This document shows, piece after piece, positions 1 to 7,672 of a stretch of DNA of 32,000 nt (position 1 is its first letter; every line of letters begins with the position of its first letter). Made by a program: the position numbers and the translations under genes. The notes under the pieces were generated by a model. That model saw only the letters and a list, made by a program, of their open reading frames with translations. It ran no database searches and had not been told where the DNA came from. The stretch covers positions 840,001 through 872,000 of the forward strand of contig NC_013967.1 in NCBI RefSeq assembly GCF_000025685.1. The letters run 5' to 3'. The stretch is from Haloferax volcanii DS2 (GTDB lineage: Archaea; Halobacteriota; Halobacteria; Halobacteriales; Haloferacaceae).

Positions 1-1
1 A

Positions 2-112
2 GCAGACCTTCTAACTAAACGGCTTTGTGAAGTACTGAGTCTGGAACGAATATCAACAACCGAGATATTCAGCAGACGGAGCGGTGTGACGACCTCAGTT
101 ACGAGAGTGTAG
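2..112 (+). CDS. 3' end of an ORF entering from upstream of the window; product unknown
   Basis: Frame 2 is open from the window edge to TAG 110-112 (ADLLTKRLCEVLSLERISTTEIFSRRSGVTTSVTRV*). Same low-GC composition as the next ORF. No motif recognised. Confidence 0.3.
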   Translation, partial: ADLLTKRLCEVLSLERISTTEIFSRRSGVTTSVTRV

Positions 113-234
113 TTGATTTCCTTCGCGATGCCGAGTTTGAAGGACAGTTCGATCCAAACGACCTGAGCAGTGTTGAGCCAGTTATCGTCTACTATTCTGA
201 CTTCCTCGATGAGTGTCGAACTGCTTCAGGTTGC

Positions 235-762
235 TTGAATGCACTAAACGAACTAAGCCAGTACTGTACTGTTCTTTCTCAAGGCAAAGGAGGTGTACTT
301 AAAATTGAGGAAGGTGGATTTGAGAGTAGTGATCTTGACTCACTTCTTCGCGAAGGCATCCAACTCCCGAAGTTAGTTGATAAGAAAATCTACCTGACTG
401 AGAACGCGAATCGAGAGATACTTGCGTATTCTATCGCACATGACCTTGTTTTGAATAATTTGGGGAAGGACGACCGAATCGCGATCTCACCGTCGGATGT
501 CATAGAACGCTACCGTCATAGGGAGATTCCACTCGAGAAAGTTCGGGATGCATTACGATTTTTGAGAAAGATTGGGGGCTGCCGGCAAAACTCTGATGGG
601 ATGTTTGTCTTCGGCACCCATCATCTCGGGAATTTATTGCAGGTCCAAACGCAACTGGAACAGACTCGAGTGAGAGATTATCTTGACGGGGATGAGGCAA
701 ACCAGATGAGTCTGGGTGAGTTTGCTCAAGCGACAGATATGAATGGTGGGTCAGAAAACTAG
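235..762 (+). CDS. Hypothetical protein in low-GC block (175 aa as tracked; true 5' end uncertain)
   Basis: ORF track. Acidic, protein-like composition. The tracked start is TTG, and the frame is open from nt 31 with no ATG/GTG before 235. No recognisable domain. Confidence 0.45.
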   Translation: MNALNELSQYCTVLSQGKGGVLKIEEGGFESSDLDSLLREGIQLPKLVDKKIYLTENANREILAYSIAHDLVLNNLGKDDRIAISPSDVIERYRHREIPLEKVRDALRFLRKIGGCRQNSDGMFVFGTHHLGNLLQVQTQLEQTRVRDYLDGDEANQMSLGEFAQATDMNGGSEN

Positions 763-859
763 TTTCTGAGGGTCCCTTGTGGGATCAAAGAGGAACGTCC
801 GCCACGAAATCAGGTCTCGCTCTCGCACGCGGGGCAGTCGCGCGAGACCACCTCCGAAT

Positions 860-877
860 CGGAGACCTTCGTCTCCG
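860..877. other. Perfect 7-bp stem / 4-nt loop hairpin (CGGAGAC-CTTC-GTCTCCG) between the low-GC block and the tRNA 3' end; a second inverted repeat is GGTCTCGC 813-820 / GCGAGACC 842-849
   Basis: Read directly from the sequence. Function unknown; could be a terminator or att-flanking structure. Confidence 0.4.
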
Positions 878-912
878 GGGTTGAGTTCGGAGATGGCGAA
901 GGAAACAGTAGA

Positions 913-985
913 AGCCGGTGGAGGGATTTGAACCCTCGGCCTATTCCTTACGAAGGAATCGCTCTGCCAACTGAGCTACACCGGC
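913..985 (-). tRNA. tRNA-Thr (anticodon CGU)
   Basis: The reverse complement folds as a 73-nt cloverleaf: GCCGGTG-TA-GCTC-AGTTGGCA-GAGC-G-ATTCC-TTCGTAA-GGAAT-AGGCC-GAGGG-TTCAAAT-CCCTC-CACCGGC-T. It has a 7-bp acceptor stem, a T-loop TTCAAAT and anticodon loop TT-CGT-AA. No encoded CCA, no intron. Confidence 0.93.
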
Positions 986-1077
986 GCGGTGGGCTTTCGA
1001 ACGCATTCTTCCGTACCCCGGTTACGTAATTAAGACTTGCGAATCACCCCGGCGTCTGTCGGTCGGCACCAGCCCGC

Positions 1078-2064
1078 TCACGCCCGCTTCGTCAGGCGAA
1101 CGTCGAGACAGACGTTGTACTCGTGGGGGGCGTACGACCGGACGACGTACTCGTTCACGACTTCGACTTCGTAGGCCGGTTCGGCGGCGGCGCGCACGGC
1201 GGCGAGTCCCGGGCCGAACGGGTCGTCCTCGTGTTGGATGTCGTAGAGGTGAATCACGCAGTCGTCGCTCGCGAGGCGGACGGCGGTGTCGAGGAAGCCA
1301 CTGGCGCTGTGGGGGAGGTTCATGATGAGCCGGTCGGCCCAGCCCTCGTAGTCGGCGGCGACTTCGCGAACGTCGCCGTGAATCGCGGTGAGTCGGTCGG
1401 CCACGTCGTTCCGCGCGGCGTTCTCCCGGAGGAACGCGACGGCCGCCTCGTTGAGGTCGCAGGCGACGACTTCCGCGCCCGCGGCGGCGGCCGGGACGGC
1501 GAACGGGCCGACGCCGGCGAACATATCGAAGACGTGTTCGCCCTCCTGAATCGCCTCGACGACGCGGTGGCGTTCGGTGGCCAGTCGGGGCGAGAAGTAG
1601 ACGGTGTCGATGTCGAGGCGGAACTCGTGGCCGTACTCGCGGTGGACCGTCTCGGTCGAGTCGCCGACGAGCACGTCCCAGTCGCGGACGCGGAGTTCGC
1701 CTTTGACCTTCGAGGCGCGGTTGACGACCGTCTCGGCCTTGAGGTCGGAGGCGACGATGGCGTCGGCAATCTCGCGGGCGCGGTCGGGATCGTCCTCGTC
1801 GAGGATGACGATGTCGCCGAGTCGCTCGTACGAGGGTTCGAAGCCGAGCAGGTCGGCGGGCGTGGTCTGCGTCTCGCGGGCGGGTGGCTCGTAGTCGACG
1901 ACCGTCAGGTCGTCGGGAACGGCGTCGGCGTCGACGACGGGAATGTAGAGGGTCCCCTCGGCGACGGTAATCTCGTGGTCGTGGTCGAGCAGGCCGGCGT
2001 CGGCGAGGCGCCGGCGCGCCGCCTCGCCGGACTCGCGGGGCACGCGGACGCAGGGGACGTTCAT
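1078..2064 (-). CDS. trm5: tRNA (guanine37-N1)-methyltransferase, Trm5/Met-10+ family class I SAM methyltransferase
   Basis: 328-aa ORF with ATG start (CAT 2062-2064). SAM-binding motif VFDMFAGVGPFAVPAA, followed by DLN and the NLP catalytic motif (IMNLPHSA), typical of archaeal Trm5. GC3-rich codon usage. Confidence 0.85.
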   Translation of the reverse strand: MNVPCVRVPRESGEAARRRLADAGLLDHDHEITVAEGTLYIPVVDADAVPDDLTVVDYEPPARETQTTPADLLGFEPSYERLGDIVILDEDDPDRAREIADAIVASDLKAETVVNRASKVKGELRVRDWDVLVGDSTETVHREYGHEFRLDIDTVYFSPRLATERHRVVEAIQEGEHVFDMFAGVGPFAVPAAAAGAEVVACDLNEAAVAFLRENAARNDVADRLTAIHGDVREVAADYEGWADRLIMNLPHSASGFLDTAVRLASDDCVIHLYDIQHEDDPFGPGLAAVRAAAEPAYEVEVVNEYVVRSYAPHEYNVCLDVRLTKRA

Positions 2065-2404
2065 ACCTCCACCACTACACGGCTCCGAGTAAGGGTGACG
2101 CTTCGCCGCGGACGTATATACTACCCTGATGTATCAGGGACCAAGTATAGATGACTGGCGAGGAAACGATGATTCGCCCACACTCTCGACGACAGTCGTC
2201 GTTCGAGTGGGGTGCCTCTGACACAGTTGGGCCTTGCCCGGGCCCACTTTCGGTACCAAGTCCCGGGGCGAGTGATTCGGGTGTACGCCGCCGGAATCGC
2301 GTCCGTCGATGGCGACGTTTCTCGCGGAACGCATCGTTCGAAAATTGACCGTCTCGACCGGGTGGCGTTGTTTTCGTAGCCACGAGTCGGCGACTCGTCC
2401 CCGT

Positions 2405-2887
2405 TTACACCTCGACGTGCTCGCGATCGATACCGAGGAACGACTCGGCGGTCTCGACCCAGTCGGCGAGCGTTCGAGTCCCATCGTCTCGCTCGTGCGG
2501 ATAGACGGCCTCGATTTCGTCGTCGCGGAAGACGATGCCCAGCGTCGGCGGAAGGACGACCGCGTCGTGTTCGGGACCCATCCGGCCCGACCCGACCGTC
2601 GCCCGCTCGTCGAGCGTCGGGAGCGCGACCCCTTCCGTTCGCGCCCACAACCGACACTCGGCGAGTCGCTCGCGGACGACCGCGTCTCGTTTCGTCGGCG
2701 CGGTATCGGACTCGACATCCACCTCGCGGCCCCACGTCCGGACGCACACGTCGTCGACGAGTCCCTCGTCCGCGAGCCGTTCGAGTCGGACCACCAGCGT
2801 CTGGTGTTCCTCGCCGAGGCCGTCCCGAATCGGACGAATCCACAGTTCTACCCTCCGTTGTTGGTCGGTCTGCATGCTCCTCACCAC
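2405..2887 (-). CDS. Conserved haloarchaeal protein of unknown function (family usually annotated only as an HTH-domain protein)
   Basis: 160-aa acidic ORF. Tracked start is GTG 2887; an ATG lies at 2875 (MQTDQQRRVELWIRP...). The pattern (VELWIR...VRTWG...W A...G..LP...) matches a family I recall from Halobacteria. Function not inferable. Confidence 0.7.
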   Translation of the reverse strand: MVRSMQTDQQRRVELWIRPIRDGLGEEHQTLVVRLERLADEGLVDDVCVRTWGREVDVESDTAPTKRDAVVRERLAECRLWARTEGVALPTLDERATVGSGRMGPEHDAVVLPPTLGIVFRDDEIEAVYPHERDDGTRTLADWVETAESFLGIDREHVEV

Positions 2888-2898
2888 CCAGATTACGG

Positions 2899-2938
2899 TA
2901 CGCTCTCTCCGGAGATAATACGCTCTCTCCGGACATAA
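2899..2938. repeat. Tandem direct repeat, 2 x 20 bp (TACGCTCTCTCCGGAGATAA / TACGCTCTCTCCGGACATAA), immediately upstream of the 2405-2887 gene
   Basis: One mismatch (2914 g vs 2934 c). Copy 1 contains the perfect 10-bp palindrome TCTCCGGAGA (2906-2915). On the minus strand each copy starts with a TTAT(C/G)T TATA-like element; the proximal one is about 27 nt from GTG 2887. Confidence 0.85.
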
Positions 2939-2951
2939 GGCGGGCTCTTCC

Positions 2952-2968
2952 TTCCCGGTAGCCGGGAA
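2952..2968. promoter_or_regulatory. Perfect inverted repeat TTCCCGG-TAG-CCGGGAA in the divergent intergenic region
   Basis: Read directly. Lies between the tandem repeat and the usp promoter. Candidate operator or hairpin. Confidence 0.35.
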
Positions 2969-3041
2969 TCGAGACGGTGGTGGCGGGGCTGCGGTCGGCT
3001 GTGAGGTGACGAGAGGCCGAACCCCGGGCGACCGGGTTCGG

Positions 3042-3048
3042 TTTTATT
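3042..3048 (+). promoter_or_regulatory. TATA box (TTTTATT) for the leaderless usp gene at 3073
   Basis: Centre about 28 nt upstream of ATG 3073. Preceded by inverted repeat CCGAACCC(3018-3025)/GGGTTCGG(3035-3042). Confidence 0.5.
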
Positions 3049-3072
3049 CGCTCGGCGCGCGTCTGTGCGGGT

Positions 3073-3501
3073 ATGTTTGACCACATTCTCGTCCCCACCG
3101 ACGGCAGCGACCACGCGGTCCGCGCCGCCGACTACGCGGTCGACCTCGCGGCGACCTACGGGGCCGCGCTCCACGTCCTCTACGTCGTCGACGTTCGGAC
3201 CGGCCACGCGGACGCGCCCGTCGACGACGACGATTCGCAGACGCGCGGGGAGACGGCGGTCGGTGTCGTTGCCGACCGCGCGGCCGACCGCGACGTGCCC
3301 GTCGAGACGGAGATTCGGGTCGGTCTGCCCCACGAGACCATCATCGACTACGGCGACGAGCGCGACATCGACCTCGTGGTGATGGGCACCCACGGGACGA
3401 GCGGGCTGGAGCGATACCTGCTCGGAAGCGTCGCGGAGCGGGTCGTCAGGCTCTCTGACGTTCCGGTGCTGTGCGTGCCGCCGGCTGACGACGACGAGTG
3501 A
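3073..3501 (+). CDS. Universal stress protein (UspA family)
   Basis: 142 aa. N-terminal ILVPTDGS and C-terminal VMGTHGTSGLERYLLGSVAERVVRLSDVPVLCV (G-x2-G-x9-G-S ATP-binding motif). Confidence 0.9.
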   Translation: MFDHILVPTDGSDHAVRAADYAVDLAATYGAALHVLYVVDVRTGHADAPVDDDDSQTRGETAVGVVADRAADRDVPVETEIRVGLPHETIIDYGDERDIDLVVMGTHGTSGLERYLLGSVAERVVRLSDVPVLCVPPADDDE

Positions 3502-3544
3502 CGGACGCGGGGGATGGCCGACTGGTAAGCGAGCCGCCGCGAAC

Positions 3545-3985
3545 TCAGCGGACGACCAGTACGCTCGTCGGCGCGCGCGAGGCGACCAATTCGGCGACGC
3601 TCCCGAACAGCAGGTCCGTCTCGCCGGTGCGGCCGTGGCCGCCGAGGTAGACGGCGTCGACGCCCTCCCGGCGCGCGAAGTCGACGATGGTCCGCGCGGG
3701 GTTTCCGCGGAGGGTCTCGGTCCGGAGTTCTATCCCGCTTCCGTCCGCCAGCGCCGCGAGTTCGTCGAAGATGTCGTCCGCGAGTTCGTCCGCCCGCTCG
3801 TACCACTCCTCCGAGCCGTGGAGTGGTTCCGTGCTGATGTCCGCGTCGAGCGGCGCGCTATAGCCGGGGTCCGACGGGTCGATAACGTGCAGGGCGACGA
3901 CCGTCGAATCGGCGTGCGCGAGGGCCTGTTCGAACGCGCGCTTCGACAGCGGCGAGCCGTCGACGGCGACGAGAATCGTATTCAT
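3545..3985 (-). CDS. Universal stress protein (UspA family)
   Basis: Start moved to ATG 3985 (MNTILVAVDGSPLS...); the 25 codons upstream in the tracked ORF are basic and non-Usp. C-terminal motif GGHGRTGETDLLFGSVAELV. Confidence 0.88.
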   Translation of the reverse strand: MNTILVAVDGSPLSKRAFEQALAHADSTVVALHVIDPSDPGYSAPLDADISTEPLHGSEEWYERADELADDIFDELAALADGSGIELRTETLRGNPARTIVDFARREGVDAVYLGGHGRTGETDLLFGSVAELVASRAPTSVLVVR

Positions 3986-4054
3986 CACGATTATTCCTAC
4001 GCCATCTCGACACAAAAACGCTCCCGCGCCGGGTTTTTCTCCGCGGCGTGCGAG

Positions 4055-4780
4055 GTGCAACCCGTGCTATCCGTCCCCGAACTGTTCGAGTCGCCGCGCG
4101 ACCGATGGCGGACGCTCGCGCTCGCCGTCGTCGTCGTCGCCCTCCTCGCCCTCGTCGGCACGACGCTCGTCGACCGCTTTCCGTTTCTCGCCAATCCGAC
4201 GGCGCTACGGGCGTGGCTCCTCGAATTCGGGACGCTCGCCCCGCTCGCGTTCGTCGGCGTGCAAATCGCGCAGGTGCTCGTCGCGCCCATCCCCGGACAG
4301 GCGCTCGGCTTCGCCAGCGGCTACCTGTTCGGCGCGCTCTGGGGGACGGTTTACAGCATGGTCGGCATCGTCCTCGGCACGGCGCTCGCCGTCGGAATCG
4401 CGCGGTCTCTCGGTCGCCCGTACGTCGAACGCGTCGTCACCGCCGACGCGCTCTCGGTGTTCGACGACGCGATGGAGACCCACGGGCTGGCCGTCCTCTT
4501 TCTCGTCTTCCTCGTTCCCGGCCTCCCCGACGACGCCATCTGCTTCGCCGCCGGCCTCACCGACATCCCGGTCCGCAGGGTCGTCCTCGTCGCGGCGGTG
4601 GGCCGGCTCCCCGGCTTCCTGCTCGTGAACCTCGCGGGCGCGGCCGCCGCCGACGGCAACGCCGAACTCACCGCGGTGTTCGTCGGCGCGTTGCTCGCCG
4701 CGTCGGTCCTCGGCTATCTCTACCGCGACCGACTCATGGGCGCGCTCGGGTCGCTCACGGAGCGAACAGCCGGTCGTTGA
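4055..4780 (+). CDS. TVP38/TMEM64 (DedA-related, SNARE-associated) family membrane protein
   Basis: The tracked ORF 3635-4780 is antisense to usp in its first part. The plausible start is GTG 4055 or GTG 4064; a T-rich box at 4034-4039 is about 27 nt from 4064. Motifs VAPIPGQALGFASGYLFG and FLVPGLPDDAICFAAGLT, with multiple TM helices. Confidence 0.8.
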   Translation: MQPVLSVPELFESPRDRWRTLALAVVVVALLALVGTTLVDRFPFLANPTALRAWLLEFGTLAPLAFVGVQIAQVLVAPIPGQALGFASGYLFGALWGTVYSMVGIVLGTALAVGIARSLGRPYVERVVTADALSVFDDAMETHGLAVLFLVFLVPGLPDDAICFAAGLTDIPVRRVVLVAAVGRLPGFLLVNLAGAAAADGNAELTAVFVGALLAASVLGYLYRDRLMGALGSLTERTAGR

Positions 4781-7604
4781 GCCACACCAGACACAGGTTC
4801 GCGACGAGGAACGGGACGAACGCGCCCGCGACCCAGCCCCACTCCGTGAGGCCGAGCGGGACGACGCCGAAGAGGTCCGCGACCGGCGTGTAGAGCAACA
4901 CGAGGTGGAGCGCGAGCGACAGCCCGACCGCGCCGAGGAGCCACGGGTTCGAGAGCGGCGACAGCCGGTAGCGGAGCCGCACCGACTGCGTGCGGACCAA
5001 CTCGGCGGTGACGAGGAACGTAAACAGCACCGTCTGGGCGACGACGAGGTCGTCGGACCGAGAGAGCGCGTAGAAGAACACGCCCAGTCCGGCCGCGGTG
5101 AGCGCGACGCCGATGCCGAGAATCGAAGCGACGGTCCGGCGGTCGAGGACGCCCTCGTCGCGTGGGCGCGGCGGCCTGCGCATCACGTCGTCCGACTTGG
5201 GGTCCGCGCCGAGCGCGAGCGCGGGGAAGCCGTCGGTGACGAGGTTGAGCCACAGGAGCGCGACGGGCGTGATGACGAGCGCCGACTCGGACGCGAACAC
5301 CTCGGGGAACAGCGCCGCGCCGAGGAGCGTCCCGAGGAAGACGACGAACACCTCGCCGGCGTTGGCCGACAGCAGGTAGTTGACGAACTTGCGGATGTTG
5401 TCGAAGATGCCGCGGCCCTCCGCGATGGCGTCGCGGATAGTGACGAAGTTGTCGTCGCGGAGCACCACGTCCGACGCGCCCTGTGCGACCTGCGTCCCGC
5501 GGTCGCCCATGGCGATGCCCACGTCGGCGTTGCCGAGCGCCGGCGCGTCGTTGACGCCGTCGCCGGTCATCGCCACCGTGTAGCCCGCGTCCTGAAGCGC
5601 CCGGAGGATGCGGACCTTGTGCTCGGGCGCGACGCGGGCGAACACGTTCGTCTCCTCGACGACTCGCCCGAGTTCCTCGTCGTCCATGGCGGCCACCTCG
5701 GTCCCGGTGACGACCGAGTCGGCGTCGATGCCGACCTCGCGGGCGATGGCGCGAGCGGTCCGCGGTGTGTCGCCGGTCGCCATCGTCACCTGCACGCCGG
5801 CGTCGCGGCAGTCGGTGACCGCCTCGGCGACGCCCTCGCGCGCCGGGTCGGTCATGCCCTGGAGTCCGAGGAGGACGAGCCCCGATTCGAGCGTCTCGTC
5901 GTCGGCGTCGGAGTCGACCGCGGGCGCGTAGGCGAACCCGAGCACGCGGAGCGCGTCGTCAGCGAAGGCGGCCACGGTCGCCTCGACGCGCTCGCGGCGC
6001 TCGTCGGTGAACGCCTCGATTTCCCCGTCGACGAGGACGCGGTCGCACCGCGCGACGATTTCCTCGGGCGCGCCCTTCACGAGCGCGACGGGGCCGTCGC
6101 CGGGGGCGTCGAAGTCGTCCACGACGACCGACATGCGCTTTCGCTCGGAGGTGAAGGGGACTTCGCGGAGCCTGTCGTCGGGGTCGCGCGAGCCGTCGAG
6201 GCCCGCGTCGGCGGCGGCGGTCACGAGCGCGACTTCGGTGGGGTCCCCGCGGTGGTCGCCGCCGTCGAGTTCCTTGGTGTCGTTGCAGCGGGCACCGCAG
6301 GACAGGAGCGCCGCGAGCGCCGGGTCCGGGTCCGGTTCGGAGTTGGGGTCCGAGACCGACGCGTCGCCGTGCTCGGCCGCGGCCGACACGCCGCCGTTTT
6401 CGGACACGGGCGGAGAGACAGCCGACGCCGCCCCGCCGTCCAGTTCGACCGTCCGGTCGTCGGGGAGCCACGCGCGAGTGACGGTCATGCGGTTTTCGGT
6501 CAGCGTCCCCGTCTTGTCGGTGACGATGTAGTCGACCGCGCCGAGGCTCTCGACGACCGCGAGGTTGCGGACGAGCGCGTTGCGCTCCATGAGCGTCCGC
6601 GACCCGAGCGCGAGGGTGAGCGTGACGACCGCCGGGAGGCCCTCGGGGACGGCCGCAACGGCGAGCGTGACGGCGACGAGGAGGACGACCACCGGGTCGG
6701 TCGCGGTGAGGAACAGCTGGACCGCCGCGATGAGCAGGATGAGCGCGACGATGCCGACGCCGATGCGGCGGCCGAGGCGGTCGACCTCGATTTCGAACGG
6801 CGTCTCGCGCTGGCGGGCCTGCCCGAGTTGGTCTGCGATGCCCCCGAGTTCGGTGTCCATCGCGGTGGCGACGACGACGGCCTCGGCGCGACCCCTGACC
6901 ACGGTGGTTCCGGCGTGGAGGACGCTTCTCCGGTCGGCCAGCGCCGCGTCGGATTCGACCGGGTCGACCACCTTGTCCACCGGGACGCTCTCGCCGGTCA
7001 GCGTCGACTCGTCGGCGCGGCAGTCGGCCGCGGTGAGGATGCGGGCGTCGGCGGGGACGGCGTCGCCCGCTTCGAGGACGACCACGTCGCCCGGCACGAC
7101 CTCGGTCGCGGGGACCGCCCGAATCGACCCCCCACGACGGACCGTCGCGTCCGGCGTCGCCATCTCCCGGAGCGCCGCGAGCGCCTGTTCGGCGCGGTAG
7201 TCCTGCACGAAGCCGAACAGGCCGTTTCCGAAGAGGATGAGCAGGATGAGCGCCGCGTCGGTGTAGCCCGGGTCGCGGCCGGGCAGGAGGCCGACGGCCA
7301 GCGAGAGGCCGGCGGCGACGAAAAGCAGGAGGATGAGCGGCCCGGTGAACTGCGAGACGAGGAGCGAAAGCGGCGAGACGCCCTCCTCGTCCGCGAGTTC
7401 GTTCGGCCCCTCCTCGTCGAGTCGGCGGGCCGCGTCGTCGTCGTCGAGGCCGTCTCGGCTCGCCCTAAGTCGCTCCAGCGCCGCCTCGCCTTCGAGCGCG
7501 TGCCACGGCACGTCCTCGCGTCCGCTCGCTTCCTCGGCCTCCCGATGCGCGGTTGCCTGCTCGTGCACAGTTCGACCGAACGACACGAGCGGACGTATGT
7601 CCAC
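4755..7604 (-). CDS. P2-type cation-transporting P-type ATPase (Ca2+-ATPase-like)
   Basis: 949 aa. Motifs TGES, PEGLPAVVT (TM4), DKTGTLTENRM phosphorylation site and TGDGVNDAPAL hinge. GTG start at 7604; an alternative GTG is at 7568. The 3' end overlaps the convergent TVP38 gene by 26 nt. Confidence 0.9.
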   Translation of the reverse strand: MDIRPLVSFGRTVHEQATAHREAEEASGREDVPWHALEGEAALERLRASRDGLDDDDAARRLDEEGPNELADEEGVSPLSLLVSQFTGPLILLLFVAAGLSLAVGLLPGRDPGYTDAALILLILFGNGLFGFVQDYRAEQALAALREMATPDATVRRGGSIRAVPATEVVPGDVVVLEAGDAVPADARILTAADCRADESTLTGESVPVDKVVDPVESDAALADRRSVLHAGTTVVRGRAEAVVVATAMDTELGGIADQLGQARQRETPFEIEVDRLGRRIGVGIVALILLIAAVQLFLTATDPVVVLLVAVTLAVAAVPEGLPAVVTLTLALGSRTLMERNALVRNLAVVESLGAVDYIVTDKTGTLTENRMTVTRAWLPDDRTVELDGGAASAVSPPVSENGGVSAAAEHGDASVSDPNSEPDPDPALAALLSCGARCNDTKELDGGDHRGDPTEVALVTAAADAGLDGSRDPDDRLREVPFTSERKRMSVVVDDFDAPGDGPVALVKGAPEEIVARCDRVLVDGEIEAFTDERRERVEATVAAFADDALRVLGFAYAPAVDSDADDETLESGLVLLGLQGMTDPAREGVAEAVTDCRDAGVQVTMATGDTPRTARAIAREVGIDADSVVTGTEVAAMDDEELGRVVEETNVFARVAPEHKVRILRALQDAGYTVAMTGDGVNDAPALGNADVGIAMGDRGTQVAQGASDVVLRDDNFVTIRDAIAEGRGIFDNIRKFVNYLLSANAGEVFVVFLGTLLGAALFPEVFASESALVITPVALLWLNLVTDGFPALALGADPKSDDVMRRPPRPRDEGVLDRRTVASILGIGVALTAAGLGVFFYALSRSDDLVVAQTVLFTFLVTAELVRTQSVRLRYRLSPLSNPWLLGAVGLSLALHLVLLYTPVADLFGVVPLGLTEWGWVAGAFVPFLVANLCLVWLNDRLFAP

Positions 7605-7672
7605 CGGCGATTTTTACCCCGTCGCAGTCGGCGGTACGATGAATACCGTTCGGGTCACACGTTCGACTATGT

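Larger units (their letters stand above)
1..790. other. Low-GC block (compositionally foreign DNA; probable edge of a horizontally acquired island on the 3' side of tRNA-Thr)
   Basis: Hand count of line 241-300 gives 26/60 G+C, versus 41/60 for line 1141-1200 in the neighbouring trm5 gene. The ORFs use A/T-ending codons. The block runs to the window edge, so its extent is unknown. No integrase is visible in the window. Confidence 0.45.

Noticed and set aside
1123-2154. 343-aa plus-strand ORF
   Set aside because: It is entirely antisense to the well-supported trm5 gene. Its Gly/Arg/Val/Asp-rich composition is typical of shadow frames in high-GC DNA, and it has no motifs.
2140-2400. Possibility that the long intergenic gap encodes SRP (7S) RNA or RNase P RNA
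   Set aside because: I could not find the conserved SRP helix-8 motif (GGAAGGGAGCA-like) or the RNase P GAGGAAAGUCC-like box on either strand. I kept it only as a generic sRNA candidate.
2121-3098. 325-aa minus-strand ORF, plus overlapping 194-, 209- and 127-aa ORFs across 2134-2938
   Set aside because: These are extremely Arg/Pro/Ser-rich (unlike acidic halophile proteins) and out of frame with, or antisense to, the 2405-2887 gene. They also span intergenic DNA that carries promoter elements.
3086-3104. 19-nt exact repeat (TTCTCGTCCCCACCGACGG), also present at 18886-18904
   Set aside because: It is explained by the conserved Usp N-terminal motif (I/V)LVPTDG in two paralogous genes with the same preferred codons. 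It is not a mobile-element or att repeat.
4755-4780. 26-nt overlap of the convergent 3' ends of the TVP38 gene and the P-type ATPase gene
   Set aside because: Short convergent overlaps are common in compact GC-rich genomes. I saw no associated structure or motif.
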